28,273 nucleotides of DNA. It comes from a virus (taxonomy: Duplodnaviria; Caudoviricetes). The notes below the pieces were generated by a model. The model made no database searches. It was not told where the DNA came from and saw nothing but the letters and a program-made list of their open reading frames with translations. The position numbers and the translations under genes are program-made. This document shows, piece after piece, positions 1 to 9,143 of this stretch. Position 1 is the stretch's first letter; each line of letters begins with the position of its first letter. The stretch lies in IMG/VR virus record IMGVR_UViG_3300020044_001391, positions 1 to 28,273 of that record; one strand, given 5' to 3'.

Positions 1-121
1 TTAGGTTGCTTTTCGGTACTGTTACTTAGATATATAATATAGGCGAGGTTTCTAGTCCTCGCCCATTCATTTAACTCTCGTCGTTCTTTACCCATTACAA
101 TAATAGAAAAGTCCTTCCAAG
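1..121. repeat. Terminal direct repeat copy 1 (121 bp), most likely the circular-assembly overlap
   Basis: Bases 1-121 are identical to 28153-28273, and a minus-strand reading frame continues across the junction. Confidence 0.95.
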
Positions 122-239
122 TCATTTCCCAAAACTCGTTTGGTCTTATATCGCATTCTGCGGCTTTAACTAAAATATCATCCCAGCTTAGCTTTATTAG
201 GCTTTTTTTTTTCTTCCTTAGCCACTCCTTGAACAGTTG
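1..239 (-). CDS. Tail assembly chaperone C-terminal (gpT-like) frame, 5' part; continues across the circular junction to the stop at 28032
   Basis: An open frame runs from just below a TAA at ~240-242 and reads ...SLIKLSWDDILVKAAECDIRPNEFWEMTWKDFSIIVMGKERRE. The P.EFW.MT motif is typical of gpT-like segments. It lies between the chaperone and tape measure genes. Confidence 0.75.
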
Positions 240-549
240 TTACAGTATTTGAAATAATGTACTTAACGTATTCAATAAATTGACCTTCAGTATCAAAAAG
301 TCCGCCTATTTCGTCAATCCAATCGCAAACATCGTTCTCAGTATATTCTACTGCTTCCTTATTGCTTACACACGCTGACTTATAACCTATATGAATCATT
401 TTAACGACTAAGTCTAAGTTATATTGCGTATTACCTAATAGTTCAAAATACTTGTCAATACCAATGTTATTTACAACACAAAATTCACGCATTGCCCAAG
501 TACCCCACTTTAAGTGGATTGTTTTGTTGTTTAGTTTTAATTCGAACAT
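178..549 (-). CDS. Tail assembly chaperone (gpG-like)
   Basis: 123 aa, located between the major tail and tape measure genes. It ends in EEKKK, encoded over an A10 slippery run (203-212). Confidence 0.8.
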   Translation of the reverse strand: MFELKLNNKTIHLKWGTWAMREFCVVNNIGIDKYFELLGNTQYNLDLVVKMIHIGYKSACVSNKEAVEYTENDVCDWIDEIGGLFDTEGQFIEYVKYIISNTVTTVQGVAKEEKKKPNKAKLG

Positions 550-567
550 AGTTGTTGTTGTTTTTTA

Positions 568-1008
568 TTAAGCTGTTACTGTTTGAGTTAAAGGTGGAAC
601 GGCTACTGTAAAAGTTGCACTGAACTTTACATCTTCTTTATCCGCTGCGTTTACATCGAATGCAGAGATAAATACCGCACCAGTGTAAATTACGTTACCC
701 GCAACTGGAGTAGCCTCACCCATTTTAATATCAAATACAGTACCAGCAATAAACGCACTATATAACTGATTGTAGCTATCCTTAGAAGCCGTTCCAGTTT
801 GGTCGATTGCAAAGCCATCTGCTTTGATTGATTGAGTGTATGCTGGACCAGGTTGGAATTGGTCGCCACATTTTGAGGTTGCATCAATTACGTTCAATGA
901 AGACGTAATGTTGTTTGAAGTTAGACACGCAACTGGTTTAAATGTACCGTCGTCATCGATGTCTGCAAATAGTAGGTAGTCTCTACCTGATACTTTAGTT
1001 TCTGCCAT
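568..1008 (-). CDS. Major tail tube protein (TP901-1/Phage_tail_2-like)
   Basis: 146 aa with the pattern G.D.LL...VAC.TS...IDATSK, located right after the tail terminator. Confidence 0.85.
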   Translation of the reverse strand: MAETKVSGRDYLLFADIDDDGTFKPVACLTSNNITSSLNVIDATSKCGDQFQPGPAYTQSIKADGFAIDQTGTASKDSYNQLYSAFIAGTVFDIKMGEATPVAGNVIYTGAVFISAFDVNAADKEDVKFSATFTVAVPPLTQTVTA

Positions 1009-1012
1009 TTTA

Positions 1013-1420
1013 TTAAATTTGAGTTATTGTTAAATTATATGTTATTAATGTTCTAAATACATTATCCAAAGGATTTAAACCGTCTAAATTTGAGATACTT
1101 TGAACATATAAACTAGTCGAAGTCCACCCACTAGGCAATGTTATTTTAGTATCTGAATTTATCGCAGCCAATACCAAATTGGATATTGTTTCAGAACGTT
1201 TATAGCCAAAGTTAGCATTTTTTGTTATAATGTCAACTATGATAACATTTGAATTTGTGTATCCCGATTTGCCTTGTTCTTGGCTTGACGTTCTACCATC
1301 TAAAACGATATATTCCGATAAGTTATTATCGGGAGCCATACCGTCGTAAACTGGTAACCCAGTAGCCGTTCCCACATTGGTAACAAACCATTTTTTTATT
1401 TCAATATTAGGATTTAGCAT
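1013..1420 (-). CDS. Tail completion/terminator protein
   Basis: 135 aa with a PVYD..P...EYIVL pattern, located between the HK97-gp10-like and major tail genes. Confidence 0.7.
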   Translation of the reverse strand: MLNPNIEIKKWFVTNVGTATGLPVYDGMAPDNNLSEYIVLDGRTSSQEQGKSGYTNSNVIIVDIITKNANFGYKRSETISNLVLAAINSDTKITLPSGWTSTSLYVQSISNLDGLNPLDNVFRTLITYNLTITQI

Positions 1421-1955
1421 TTTCTATTATTTTTTTTATTGAAGTCTTTAGTCTTATTTTCTCTAACTCAAATGCTGGTATTAAAAACGGTTGCGGTCTT
1501 AGTCCTTTTCTTAATATACTTACCGCAATCATATATGCTACTGATTTACTTTGTTTGCCACTTGCTATTCCTTTCTTTTGCACCCACTCAGTCAAAGCCA
1601 ATAACATATCTTTAAACTTGCCCTTTTTGCTATTTTTAAATGTAGCTGCATAACTTTCAAATCCCTTAGGAATAGAAACTTTGCCGCCTGTCCCAAATTC
1701 TACATATGGAGCATAACTCGCTGAAGAGCCAATAGTAAAACTATATTGAGCATCGTTTTTTACCTCACTTTTTAAATATATAGATTGCCTTAATAAACCT
1801 AAATTAACAGGAGCATTTTTCTTTGCATCTGATTGTATTTTCAATGCAGACGCAGCAACCTCGTCTTTAATATCTTTTTGAGTTTCCTTTTTAAATTTAT
1901 GGAGTTTGTCCATAACTTTATCAATCCCTACAATATCGTAAGTAACACTATCCAT
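1407..1955 (-). CDS. HK97 gp10-like neck/tail component
   Basis: Contains AKKNAPV..G.LRQSI, YAPYVEFGT and PQPFLIPAF motifs. Confidence 0.9.
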   Translation of the reverse strand: MDSVTYDIVGIDKVMDKLHKFKKETQKDIKDEVAASALKIQSDAKKNAPVNLGLLRQSIYLKSEVKNDAQYSFTIGSSASYAPYVEFGTGGKVSIPKGFESYAATFKNSKKGKFKDMLLALTEWVQKKGIASGKQSKSVAYMIAVSILRKGLRPQPFLIPAFELEKIRLKTSIKKIIENAKS

Positions 1956-2296
1956 TATGCGTACATTTCAATTTCCCAAAATCTATGTGCATTGTCCACG
2001 TCCTTAATAGAATGAATCGTAAAGCGTTGACCTTCAACCTCTAATTGGTAAGTGTCTCCAATAGATAAATCATATCTAATAAATAGCTTTGCATATCTAG
2101 TAAAAGATAATTGCATTTCCAATAATGCTCTATTTTGTGTTTGTGGTCTATAATCACCCCATACAGTTTGAACCAACGTAAAGGTCGTAGTATAACCGCC
2201 TTCGCCGTCGCTTGTCCTGGTCGGAGCGTAAACGTCCACTAACCTAGTCATTGAGTTAGCATCGACGTAATTATCTTTATGTAAACCTATTCTCAT
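1955..2296 (-). CDS. Head closure / head-tail adaptor (SPP1 gp16-like)
   Basis: The start is reassigned to the ATG at 2296 (MRIGLH), adjacent to the upstream stop. Contains SDGEGG..TTF...TVWG and C-terminal F.IHSI.DVD patterns. Confidence 0.8.
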   Translation of the reverse strand: MRIGLHKDNYVDANSMTRLVDVYAPTRTSDGEGGYTTTFTLVQTVWGDYRPQTQNRALLEMQLSFTRYAKLFIRYDLSIGDTYQLEVEGQRFTIHSIKDVDNAHRFWEIEMYA

Positions 2297-2297
2297 A

Positions 2298-2828
2298 TTA
2301 TAATATTGGTGATGTTCTAGTCCAACGTTGGCAAACTCGCCAAGTTTTCTCGCAAATACCCATATCGTCAACGTCCATTCCACGATTCTCGTAACCGTAG
2401 TTAATTTGGTCCAAAATAGCTATTTTAATCTCCTTAGGGACGGTTGACATTCCAGTTGTATAAATAGCCTTCAAATTCGCCCATTCAGGTCTTTGTAGAT
2501 TAGGATATTGCCCACCTATTAAAGTGTAAACATTCGTGCTTAATATATTACCGTTTGCATCCGTTAAGCTAGTAAATGTATTCATAGGACCGAATGGTAA
2601 CTGAAAGTTACCCGCAAGGTTAGTAAACCATAACGTAATCGTTTTTGGAGTTATGCTAATATTAGCGGCTTTCTCAACGGCTTGACGTGATTGAGTAATT
2701 AACTCTTCGAACAAATCGTCCTCGACGTTATTATCCACTCTACAATATTGCTTTGCTTCGGCTACTGTTACTGGCTCGGTAATTGTGCCTAAGTCAGCTT
2801 GCGTGTAATCTATTACGAAATTATACAT
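2298..2828 (-). CDS. Head-tail connector protein (HK97 gp6-like)
   Basis: Contains EPVTVAEAKQYCRVD...EDDL and VP.EIK.AIL....YENR; follows the capsid gene. Confidence 0.9.
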   Translation of the reverse strand: MYNFVIDYTQADLGTITEPVTVAEAKQYCRVDNNVEDDLFEELITQSRQAVEKAANISITPKTITLWFTNLAGNFQLPFGPMNTFTSLTDANGNILSTNVYTLIGGQYPNLQRPEWANLKAIYTTGMSTVPKEIKIAILDQINYGYENRGMDVDDMGICEKTWRVCQRWTRTSPIL

Positions 2829-2841
2829 ATTCCCTTTTTTA

Positions 2842-2849
2842 CAAATTTA
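2842..2849 (-). promoter_or_regulatory. Bacteroidota-type -7 promoter element TAAATTTG
   Basis: Matches TAnnTTTG, between the capsid terminator and the connector start. Confidence 0.55.
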
Positions 2850-2862
2850 CAATAATATAAAT

Positions 2863-2891
2863 AAAAAACCCCCACCTTTTAAAGTGAGGGT
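2863..2891 (-). terminator. Intrinsic terminator after the major capsid gene
   Basis: Minus strand reads ACCCTCACTT-TAAA-AGGTGGGGGT followed by a T run. Confidence 0.8.
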
Positions 2892-2913
2892 AATTTATAA
2901 GTAAAACTTAAGA

Positions 2914-4002
2914 TTATACGTTACCTAAGTCAGCGAAGATAGCTGAGGTTGGTTGCATTAAGTTTACATCTTCGTAACACTCGATACGAGCTGTAACCAT
3001 ATTTTGTTGGAAGTTACTAGCGTTCTCATAAGAGAATTCGATAGCTAAACCTTCAACTTCAACACGCTCACAATAGTTGTTATCTAAGATAAGAACCTTA
3101 TCATCAGCTACCCAAGAAGCAGCGATTACAGGCACACCCCAAATAGTCATTCCACCGTTAGGGTTAATGATAACTGAACCTGAACCAGCGTAGTAACCAG
3201 CAGTGATTGTTTCTTTTAATAAACGTCCTAATTGAGTTGGACTAACTACTGCAAAAGAAGCTACAAAGTTTGCGCTCTTTTGGTTACCGATATAGTCAAC
3301 TAATTGCTTTAAGTCAACAGTTTCCGCAGTTGTAGTAGAACCAGTTGCAGCACCGCTTACAGTTGTATAGAAAGCACTGTTCTCAGCTTTGTAGAAATCT
3401 CTAGTCAACATTCTTGGTAAAGTTGTACTCAAGAAAGGTAAAGATTTAGCCATTTGCTTAGAGAAAGTAGAGAAACCAGCGATGTAGTCGTTAACAACTT
3501 TAACTTCGCTTAATGCGTAGCTGTTCTCACCTTTGTTAGAACCTTCAGTTTGAGCACCGATGTTGTTAGTTGTAGAAGTTTCCTTGTAGAAAACATACAA
3601 ACCACTTGTAGAACGTACAGTTGGGATTAAATCACGGAAGTTTACTGCTTGGCTTGGTAAAATAGCAGCGTTAGGAGCATAAGACGCTTGAGCATCTCCA
3701 GTTAAAGAAGCAGACAAAGTCATTGACTTAACGTCTGATAAATCTAAACGGAATTTACCGCCAGACTTCATTTCTTTTTCCATTGCGTCCATATTACCGT
3801 CAAGTTTCTCCATAATAACCTCGTCCATAAACTTAACTTCACGCTTAGCAGCTTTCTTTTGAGCTACATTTTGTGCGTCGATTTGCTTTTGTGTTTCGTC
3901 CGCTAACACTTTGATTGAAGCTTTCACTTCGTCGATTTGAGCAGAAACGTCAGACTTGATGCCTTTTACGTTCTCAGCCATTTCATTGATTAAATTTTCC
4001 AT
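2914..4002 (-). CDS. Major capsid protein, HK97 fold, with N-terminal coiled-coil delta domain
   Basis: 362 aa following the prohead protease; has a helical N-terminus, EGSNK.E and C-terminal FQQNMVTARIE...P.AIF. Confidence 0.95.
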   Translation of the reverse strand: MENLINEMAENVKGIKSDVSAQIDEVKASIKVLADETQKQIDAQNVAQKKAAKREVKFMDEVIMEKLDGNMDAMEKEMKSGGKFRLDLSDVKSMTLSASLTGDAQASYAPNAAILPSQAVNFRDLIPTVRSTSGLYVFYKETSTTNNIGAQTEGSNKGENSYALSEVKVVNDYIAGFSTFSKQMAKSLPFLSTTLPRMLTRDFYKAENSAFYTTVSGAATGSTTTAETVDLKQLVDYIGNQKSANFVASFAVVSPTQLGRLLKETITAGYYAGSGSVIINPNGGMTIWGVPVIAASWVADDKVLILDNNYCERVEVEGLAIEFSYENASNFQQNMVTARIECYEDVNLMQPTSAIFADLGNV

Positions 4003-4004
4003 TT

Positions 4005-4772
4005 TTACTTTTTAAATAGATTGTTAAATTGTTTAATTGCCTTAAGGACTTGCTCGTTATCTTCAGTCTTTTCCTCTTCAGTCGGCTCAACTGATTGCTC
4101 GGGTTGAGTGATTTCCTTGATTACTTCGATTTCCATTAACTCGCTTTGAATCCTCTTTATTTCAATCTCTATTAAGCTAAACATTTCGTCGGTGAATTTA
4201 CCACCTTTGAATGATTTGATTAGCTTTTCGAGCCTGTTGCTTAATTCTTGTTTCTTGTCTTTAATATCCATCTCACCTTTAAATCCTAAGGTTGGAGTTT
4301 CAGGGTTAGCACCCCAAAGAACCGCACTACCTTCGTACATCTTTAACTCGGTGATTGTTCTAATACCATTCTTGTCAACGTTTGATTTGATTGTACTAAA
4401 CCCGATTGAGTGTTGGTTAATTAAACCAGCCTCGTAAAGTTTAATAATATCTTCGCCCTTTTCAGTTTCTATAATTGGAGTGATTGCGATTAACATATCA
4501 TTCTCAACATATAATTGCTCAGGCTTACCAATAACGTTATTCATATCCGCACAATGATCTACCAAAGACCATATAAGATTTTTGCCCATTGGTCCACGCT
4601 CTGTTAATGTTTTAGTAAACGCTTCGGGTACAATAATGTCGTTATCTAAATCAATATTACCACATCTTGCCCAAACGGCTTTAACTCTGCGTTGCTCACA
4701 GTCAACGTCCATAATGTTATAGCCTATGTCGTCCTTTTGAACAAGTGTATTTTTTAATTGCATATTACTCAT
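4005..4772 (-). CDS. HK97-family prohead protease
   Basis: Contains NIDLDNDII..AF, DH, SIGF and E.SAVLWGANP motifs. The start is reassigned to the ATG at 4772 (MSNMQ). Confidence 0.92.
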   Translation of the reverse strand: MSNMQLKNTLVQKDDIGYNIMDVDCEQRRVKAVWARCGNIDLDNDIIVPEAFTKTLTERGPMGKNLIWSLVDHCADMNNVIGKPEQLYVENDMLIAITPIIETEKGEDIIKLYEAGLINQHSIGFSTIKSNVDKNGIRTITELKMYEGSAVLWGANPETPTLGFKGEMDIKDKKQELSNRLEKLIKSFKGGKFTDEMFSLIEIEIKRIQSELMEIEVIKEITQPEQSVEPTEEEKTEDNEQVLKAIKQFNNLFKK

Positions 4773-4777
4773 TTGAA

Positions 4778-4785
4778 CAAAGTTA
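4778..4785 (-). promoter_or_regulatory. -7 promoter element TAACTTTG
   Basis: TAnnTTTG located 5 nt upstream of the protease ATG. Confidence 0.55.
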
Positions 4786-4797
4786 TTATTTTTTTTA

Positions 4798-5673
4798 TTA
4801 TGATAATGCATCGGCTAATAATTGTCCGATTTCATATCCAGCTAAATTTGTTAGTAGTTCCCATATAACCCCAGCGTCGCCAAGTGGCGGATTGTCTGCT
4901 ATCTTTTGTAGCTTACCATCTGAACCTCGCACCGCTTCATATCCTAGTGTGCATCGACAGTTACAAACGTTTCCAGCGTGAGCCGTTGAATCGCCTGGAT
5001 GCAACATATTATCTATATAAGTTTTTGCAGTTACCACAAACTTAGCGTCCATTGCTACTTTAACTCCGTCCATATGTAAATGGTCGTTTGCGTCCCTAGG
5101 CATTCGTCTTGTACGATTATCTTTTGCGGCTATCCATTCTTTAACTGTTACTAAACCCGTTGACATTGCGCCAACCATTGAACCTATATTTGCTGCCCTT
5201 GCCGTTTCAGTCCTAGCAATTAATGCCGCCCTATAATTAGTAATTCCCGATAACTTTAATAAATCAATTCCTTCCTCAGTAGTTAAGCCTTGCTCTTTTG
5301 CCTTAGCTAAGTAATTCTTTATTTGCTCCTTTGTTGTATCGGTTATTTCAGCGGCTAATTGGTCCAAGCCTTTTGTTTCTAAGTATTTGATTATTGCATA
5401 AGAAAATAAGTCAGTCTTTGCGCTTTTAGTCTCCATTGGGACATATGCGCCCTTAGTAGCCTTTTTAACGTCCTTTTCGGCTATCAAACCCATTTTAGTA
5501 CCTAAGGCAACGTGCAACTGTTTAATCGTCTTTTTGAGCGCCTTATCGCTTATTGCGCTATAATCTTGGGTACGACAATATGTGTCCACCTGTTTTTGTA
5601 ATTCCGCTTGGAATTTAGGTGAATATTTTAGTAAGGCATTTTGGTATAGTTTCCTATAATCTTGCCAAATCAT
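4798..5673 (-). CDS. Minor head / head morphogenesis protein (Mu gpF / SPP1 gp7 family)
   Basis: Contains RAALIARTET, KEWIA..D.RTR, HLHMDG and HPGD...NCRC. Confidence 0.92.
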   Translation of the reverse strand: MIWQDYRKLYQNALLKYSPKFQAELQKQVDTYCRTQDYSAISDKALKKTIKQLHVALGTKMGLIAEKDVKKATKGAYVPMETKSAKTDLFSYAIIKYLETKGLDQLAAEITDTTKEQIKNYLAKAKEQGLTTEEGIDLLKLSGITNYRAALIARTETARAANIGSMVGAMSTGLVTVKEWIAAKDNRTRRMPRDANDHLHMDGVKVAMDAKFVVTAKTYIDNMLHPGDSTAHAGNVCNCRCTLGYEAVRGSDGKLQKIADNPPLGDAGVIWELLTNLAGYEIGQLLADALS

Positions 5674-6035
5674 TACTTAAGGGTTAAAAGGTAAAGTGTC
5701 TTTGCTATTAATTGCGCAATCTCGTCGATTTGATTTTGCACCCAACTATCCTGGTATATTGTTTTACGCTCCTTTTGAACGAATGCGTATAATTCTTTAA
5801 AGTACGCTTGTACTGCTTCGTTACTTACATAATTCTGCAAAGTACCTACTGAATAGTTTTTAGGACGTCCGTATATTCCGCTTACGCTTTCTACTAAGCC
5901 GTCGTATAACTCAGCTATTTCGTCTTGATATTTGTCTAATGCTTTGTGTTCAGCATAACTCATTGTCTGATTATGCCAAACGATGGCTTGTTCTTTACTG
6001 TCTAATAATTGACTTATAAATTCTACAAATTGCAT
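5673..6035 (-). CDS. Dps/ferritin-like four-helix protein (DUF5856-like)
   Basis: WHNQT.SYAEHKALD.Y...YDGLVE...G.YGR and C-terminal DEI..LI.KTLYLLTLK resemble the Dps H..H..D...E arrangement. Confidence 0.75.
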   Translation of the reverse strand: MQFVEFISQLLDSKEQAIVWHNQTMSYAEHKALDKYQDEIAELYDGLVESVSGIYGRPKNYSVGTLQNYVSNEAVQAYFKELYAFVQKERKTIYQDSWVQNQIDEIAQLIAKTLYLLTLK

Positions 6036-6036
6036 A

Positions 6037-7431
6037 TTAAGGCTTTTTAGGGGTTACTTCCGTTGGTATTTCTAACGGTTGAAATTGGTCTATTGGTTGC
6101 AAACTACTTGGAACGTATAACTTTTGTAACTCTTCAGCTGGTATATAATCAGGATTTTTGATGCCCATTATTTCCATCTTTTGCGCTGGGCTAATCCACC
6201 ACGCTTGTTCTAACCAAGCAACTTGCTCCGCTTTGTTTGCTTCTAATTCTTGATAAACTTGTATGTCGTAACCAATGTAAACATTTGTGCCTCTATAACC
6301 CCAATCGCTATGAAGTTTCCTGTTTAAGTTTTCTGCTATTGAATCAAGTAAAGGAATAGCGCAACGTAAAGTTAAAGCCTTTTCGCCCTCTCTTTGGTTA
6401 TTGTAAGTCTTATTGTCTGCGTCGTTTAATAATTGGCTAGGTACTCCGTAAATATTACAAAGGCTCTTCATATCCCACTTTTCACTCTCAATAATATTCA
6501 ACTCAACAGGACTTAAACCGATTTGTTTCCAGTCAACCTTATAACCCGATACCGCTATTGAATTAAAGTTACTTGCTCCGCCTTTCTCACTGATTGACTT
6601 CTTTAACGCTTGTGCTTGTTGCGTTCCACTTGTAGGGTCGAACCTATCATCATTCATAAATAAAACTCCAGCTGGACCACCATTTTGGAACGACGCAACC
6701 GCCGCCGTCTTAGCTTCGTTAGATCGTGTTAATGTTCTAGCCGCTGCCATTAACGGTGATTGTCCGTACAATTCATTTCCTGTTACTGTCCAATAAGGAT
6801 TGAAGTATTTATCGTGTAATATTTCCTTTGTGTCAAAGGTCCACATTTTACCATAGTATAATTGGTAACCAACTCTAACTGGAGGGAACACGTCTATATT
6901 AGCAACGATAGCCATATATTGAGCGGGTAGTGCAAATAGTTCAAACGGTTTGCCGTCGTTTGCTCCGCCTTCAATCATTTTAGCATAAATGAATGAGTTG
7001 CCCGTAATAAGTTTAAATCCGCACCATTGCTCTACTAAATCCGCCCAAGTGTCCTCACCGTTTGGATATTTAAGTAACTCGTTTAGACGTGCGTCGCCAT
7101 CGTATAATTCAAATGCTTTTTTGTGTAATTGCTTAACCTCATTCCAATTCTCAATCTTGTCAGGTTGCTTCATTAAAGACTTGTATCTTTTAGCAGCCGT
7201 TTGGTCCACTATCTTGTAAACGTGGAACGGAGCCAACTTTGCCTTGTCCGTAATTAGTTTTACGATTGAATAAACTATGTCGTTTGATTGGTAACCGTCT
7301 TTAACAAACTGTTGAGCATTTTGCCCTTGCCAAGTTACAATTCCTTGTTGTATTGCTACCTGTGCGCTTAGTGGTATGTTCGGAAATAAAGTGTTTACTT
7401 TCTTTTTACTAAAGAAATCAAATAGTCCCAT
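6037..7431 (-). CDS. Portal protein (HK97 family)
   Basis: 464 aa following the terminase; contains LL.YPN, GNSFIY, YGQSP, F.NGG.AGVL and YGVPSQLL. Confidence 0.95.
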   Translation of the reverse strand: MGLFDFFSKKKVNTLFPNIPLSAQVAIQQGIVTWQGQNAQQFVKDGYQSNDIVYSIVKLITDKAKLAPFHVYKIVDQTAAKRYKSLMKQPDKIENWNEVKQLHKKAFELYDGDARLNELLKYPNGEDTWADLVEQWCGFKLITGNSFIYAKMIEGGANDGKPFELFALPAQYMAIVANIDVFPPVRVGYQLYYGKMWTFDTKEILHDKYFNPYWTVTGNELYGQSPLMAAARTLTRSNEAKTAAVASFQNGGPAGVLFMNDDRFDPTSGTQQAQALKKSISEKGGASNFNSIAVSGYKVDWKQIGLSPVELNIIESEKWDMKSLCNIYGVPSQLLNDADNKTYNNQREGEKALTLRCAIPLLDSIAENLNRKLHSDWGYRGTNVYIGYDIQVYQELEANKAEQVAWLEQAWWISPAQKMEIMGIKNPDYIPAEELQKLYVPSSLQPIDQFQPLEIPTEVTPKKP

Positions 7432-7447
7432 ATATGTACAATTTAGT

Positions 7448-7455
7448 CAAAGTTA
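7448..7455 (-). promoter_or_regulatory. -7 promoter element TAACTTTG
   Basis: TAnnTTTG in the terminase-portal intergenic gap. Confidence 0.5.
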
Positions 7456-7466
7456 ACTATTTTATG

Positions 7467-8777
7467 CTAATAAACACTCACTACAAACTTTGGTGTATAT
7501 TCAAATATCATTCTCATTGCCAAGCAGTCCGAGAAATCGGGCGACCTACCAATCAATGCCTTTACTTTATCCTTAGGTATTATTCCTTTGCTACCGTCTT
7601 TATCGACGTGCTTTTGTTTTACTTGCTCTAACTCTTCAATGATTAATTGCTTTTGTTTTCCGTCAGCATTGATATATAATTTGCTATCATTTATTAACTC
7701 GGCTAACTTATAATAGCATTGCGATTTAAGGTTATCAAAGTTCTCTTTTGTCCTTGTTACTGGATTTTCTAATGCCCTAGAATTATTTACAAATCCTTTG
7801 CACCTTAGTATATCGCATACTCCGCCGCCCACTCCGTCTTCATCGACTACTATGTTTGAAGTTGGCACTTGATAATCTTTTTGTAGTTTCTTTATTATTT
7901 CAGCCACTTCAACAACTGATTTACCGCTATATTGAAATAACTTAACACGATAGCCGTGCCATAAGCCAATGACAGTACTATCGCTCCCAAAACGAGCAAC
8001 GTCGCAAGAAATATAAAGTGAGCCACTAGGTAAATAATCGTTAGTAAAACAGTCAAGTATTTTCTCATAGTCAATTAATTGTGAAGGGTCAGATAAATAT
8101 TCCCAGTTACCAAATAGCAAACGTTCTTTGCTTACTTTGTCAAGGGATAAAAGATTTTCTTTATAGTGCTTAGATATGAAAGGGTTGTCATCTATTAACG
8201 AACTTATAAAGCGTTTATTGTTCGCTATGCTTCCGTCTTGTTGCGGTTTATAAAACTCTGAGTACGTCCAATTCTTTGCTGGATTGCACGTATAAAGTAC
8301 CTTAGGCACTAAGTCGTTTTGGTCCAACTGAAAACGAATCCTTGACTTGATTATATTCCTAGCTTTATCGTCCACCTGGTTAGCCTCGTCAATAAATGCG
8401 TCGGTAATCTCTAACGAACCTAATTCGTCAAAGTTTGGGTCGCTTGGATAACTGTAAAGGTCTTTAAGTAGAATAGTCGAACCGTTAAAGAACTCTATTT
8501 GACTTGATTGTGCATTGAACTTGTAATGTTTCCCAGCTTCTAAGCCTTGCATCTTAGCAACTTGAAAGAATGAAACTAAGGTAGTTTCTTTTAGCGTCTT
8601 TAATACCGCACGTCCTATCAATCCCCTTGTATTGGGATATTTTAATCGCTGCTTTAATTGCCAATAGCAACCTAATGCAGTTTTGCCGCCACCAGCGCCA
8701 CCACCGAATAGTATTTCGTTTGTTGTTTTATCCTCGAGTAAATCGAGTGCGACAGTTTGTTTTATAGATAGTTCCAT
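7467..8777 (-). CDS. terL: Terminase large subunit
   Basis: Has Walker A GGAGGGKT, Walker B FIDEA, coupling motif TCNP, and nuclease motifs CDVARFGSD and SPDFSD. Confidence 0.97.
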   Translation of the reverse strand: MELSIKQTVALDLLEDKTTNEILFGGGAGGGKTALGCYWQLKQRLKYPNTRGLIGRAVLKTLKETTLVSFFQVAKMQGLEAGKHYKFNAQSSQIEFFNGSTILLKDLYSYPSDPNFDELGSLEITDAFIDEANQVDDKARNIIKSRIRFQLDQNDLVPKVLYTCNPAKNWTYSEFYKPQQDGSIANNKRFISSLIDDNPFISKHYKENLLSLDKVSKERLLFGNWEYLSDPSQLIDYEKILDCFTNDYLPSGSLYISCDVARFGSDSTVIGLWHGYRVKLFQYSGKSVVEVAEIIKKLQKDYQVPTSNIVVDEDGVGGGVCDILRCKGFVNNSRALENPVTRTKENFDNLKSQCYYKLAELINDSKLYINADGKQKQLIIEELEQVKQKHVDKDGSKGIIPKDKVKALIGRSPDFSDCLAMRMIFEYTPKFVVSVY

Positions 8778-9121
8778 TAAATGCTTGGACTATTTGCTAC
8801 GTATGTTTTTTTCTCTTCCCAATTAATTGTCATTCCACCGCTTACCTCTACTTCAGTCGATTGTTTAGGCTTACCCTCTAATCGGTCAAGTATTTCTTTA
8901 TAAGCGTTTAAATCTCCTTTAAATGCCTTTTGTAATACCATTAAGTCCAATCTTTCAGCAACGCTAAATTCTTCTTTATTACCTGTTATTGGATTTGTTT
9001 GTACTTGCACAATTTCCAATAATCTTAATAATCGTGTCTTACTATTGGGTACTCCTTTAGGGCGACCTGGTCCACCTGGCTTTCCTTTCTCAAATGGTTT
9101 AAGATTTTGTTCGTTTGCCAT
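8777..9121 (-). CDS. terS: Terminase small subunit
   Basis: N-terminal NLKPF.KG...GRPKG and EILDRLEGKP; translationally coupled to terL. Confidence 0.8.
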   Translation of the reverse strand: MANEQNLKPFEKGKPGGPGRPKGVPNSKTRLLRLLEIVQVQTNPITGNKEEFSVAERLDLMVLQKAFKGDLNAYKEILDRLEGKPKQSTEVEVSGGMTINWEEKKTYVANSPSI

Positions 9122-9143
9122 ATTCTCTCTTTTTTCTCACTTT

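Noticed and set aside
42-63. GGCGAGG-N8-CCTCGCC hairpin as frameshift stimulator or terminator
   Set aside because: It is about 140 nt downstream of the slippery run, inside coding sequence, and has no proper U tract.
1-121. Biological direct terminal repeat
   Set aside because: The exact 121-bp duplication cuts through a coding frame, as expected for a circular-assembly overlap; nothing indicates physical ends.
690-887. 65-aa minus-strand ORF
   Set aside because: It is nested out of frame within the major tail gene.
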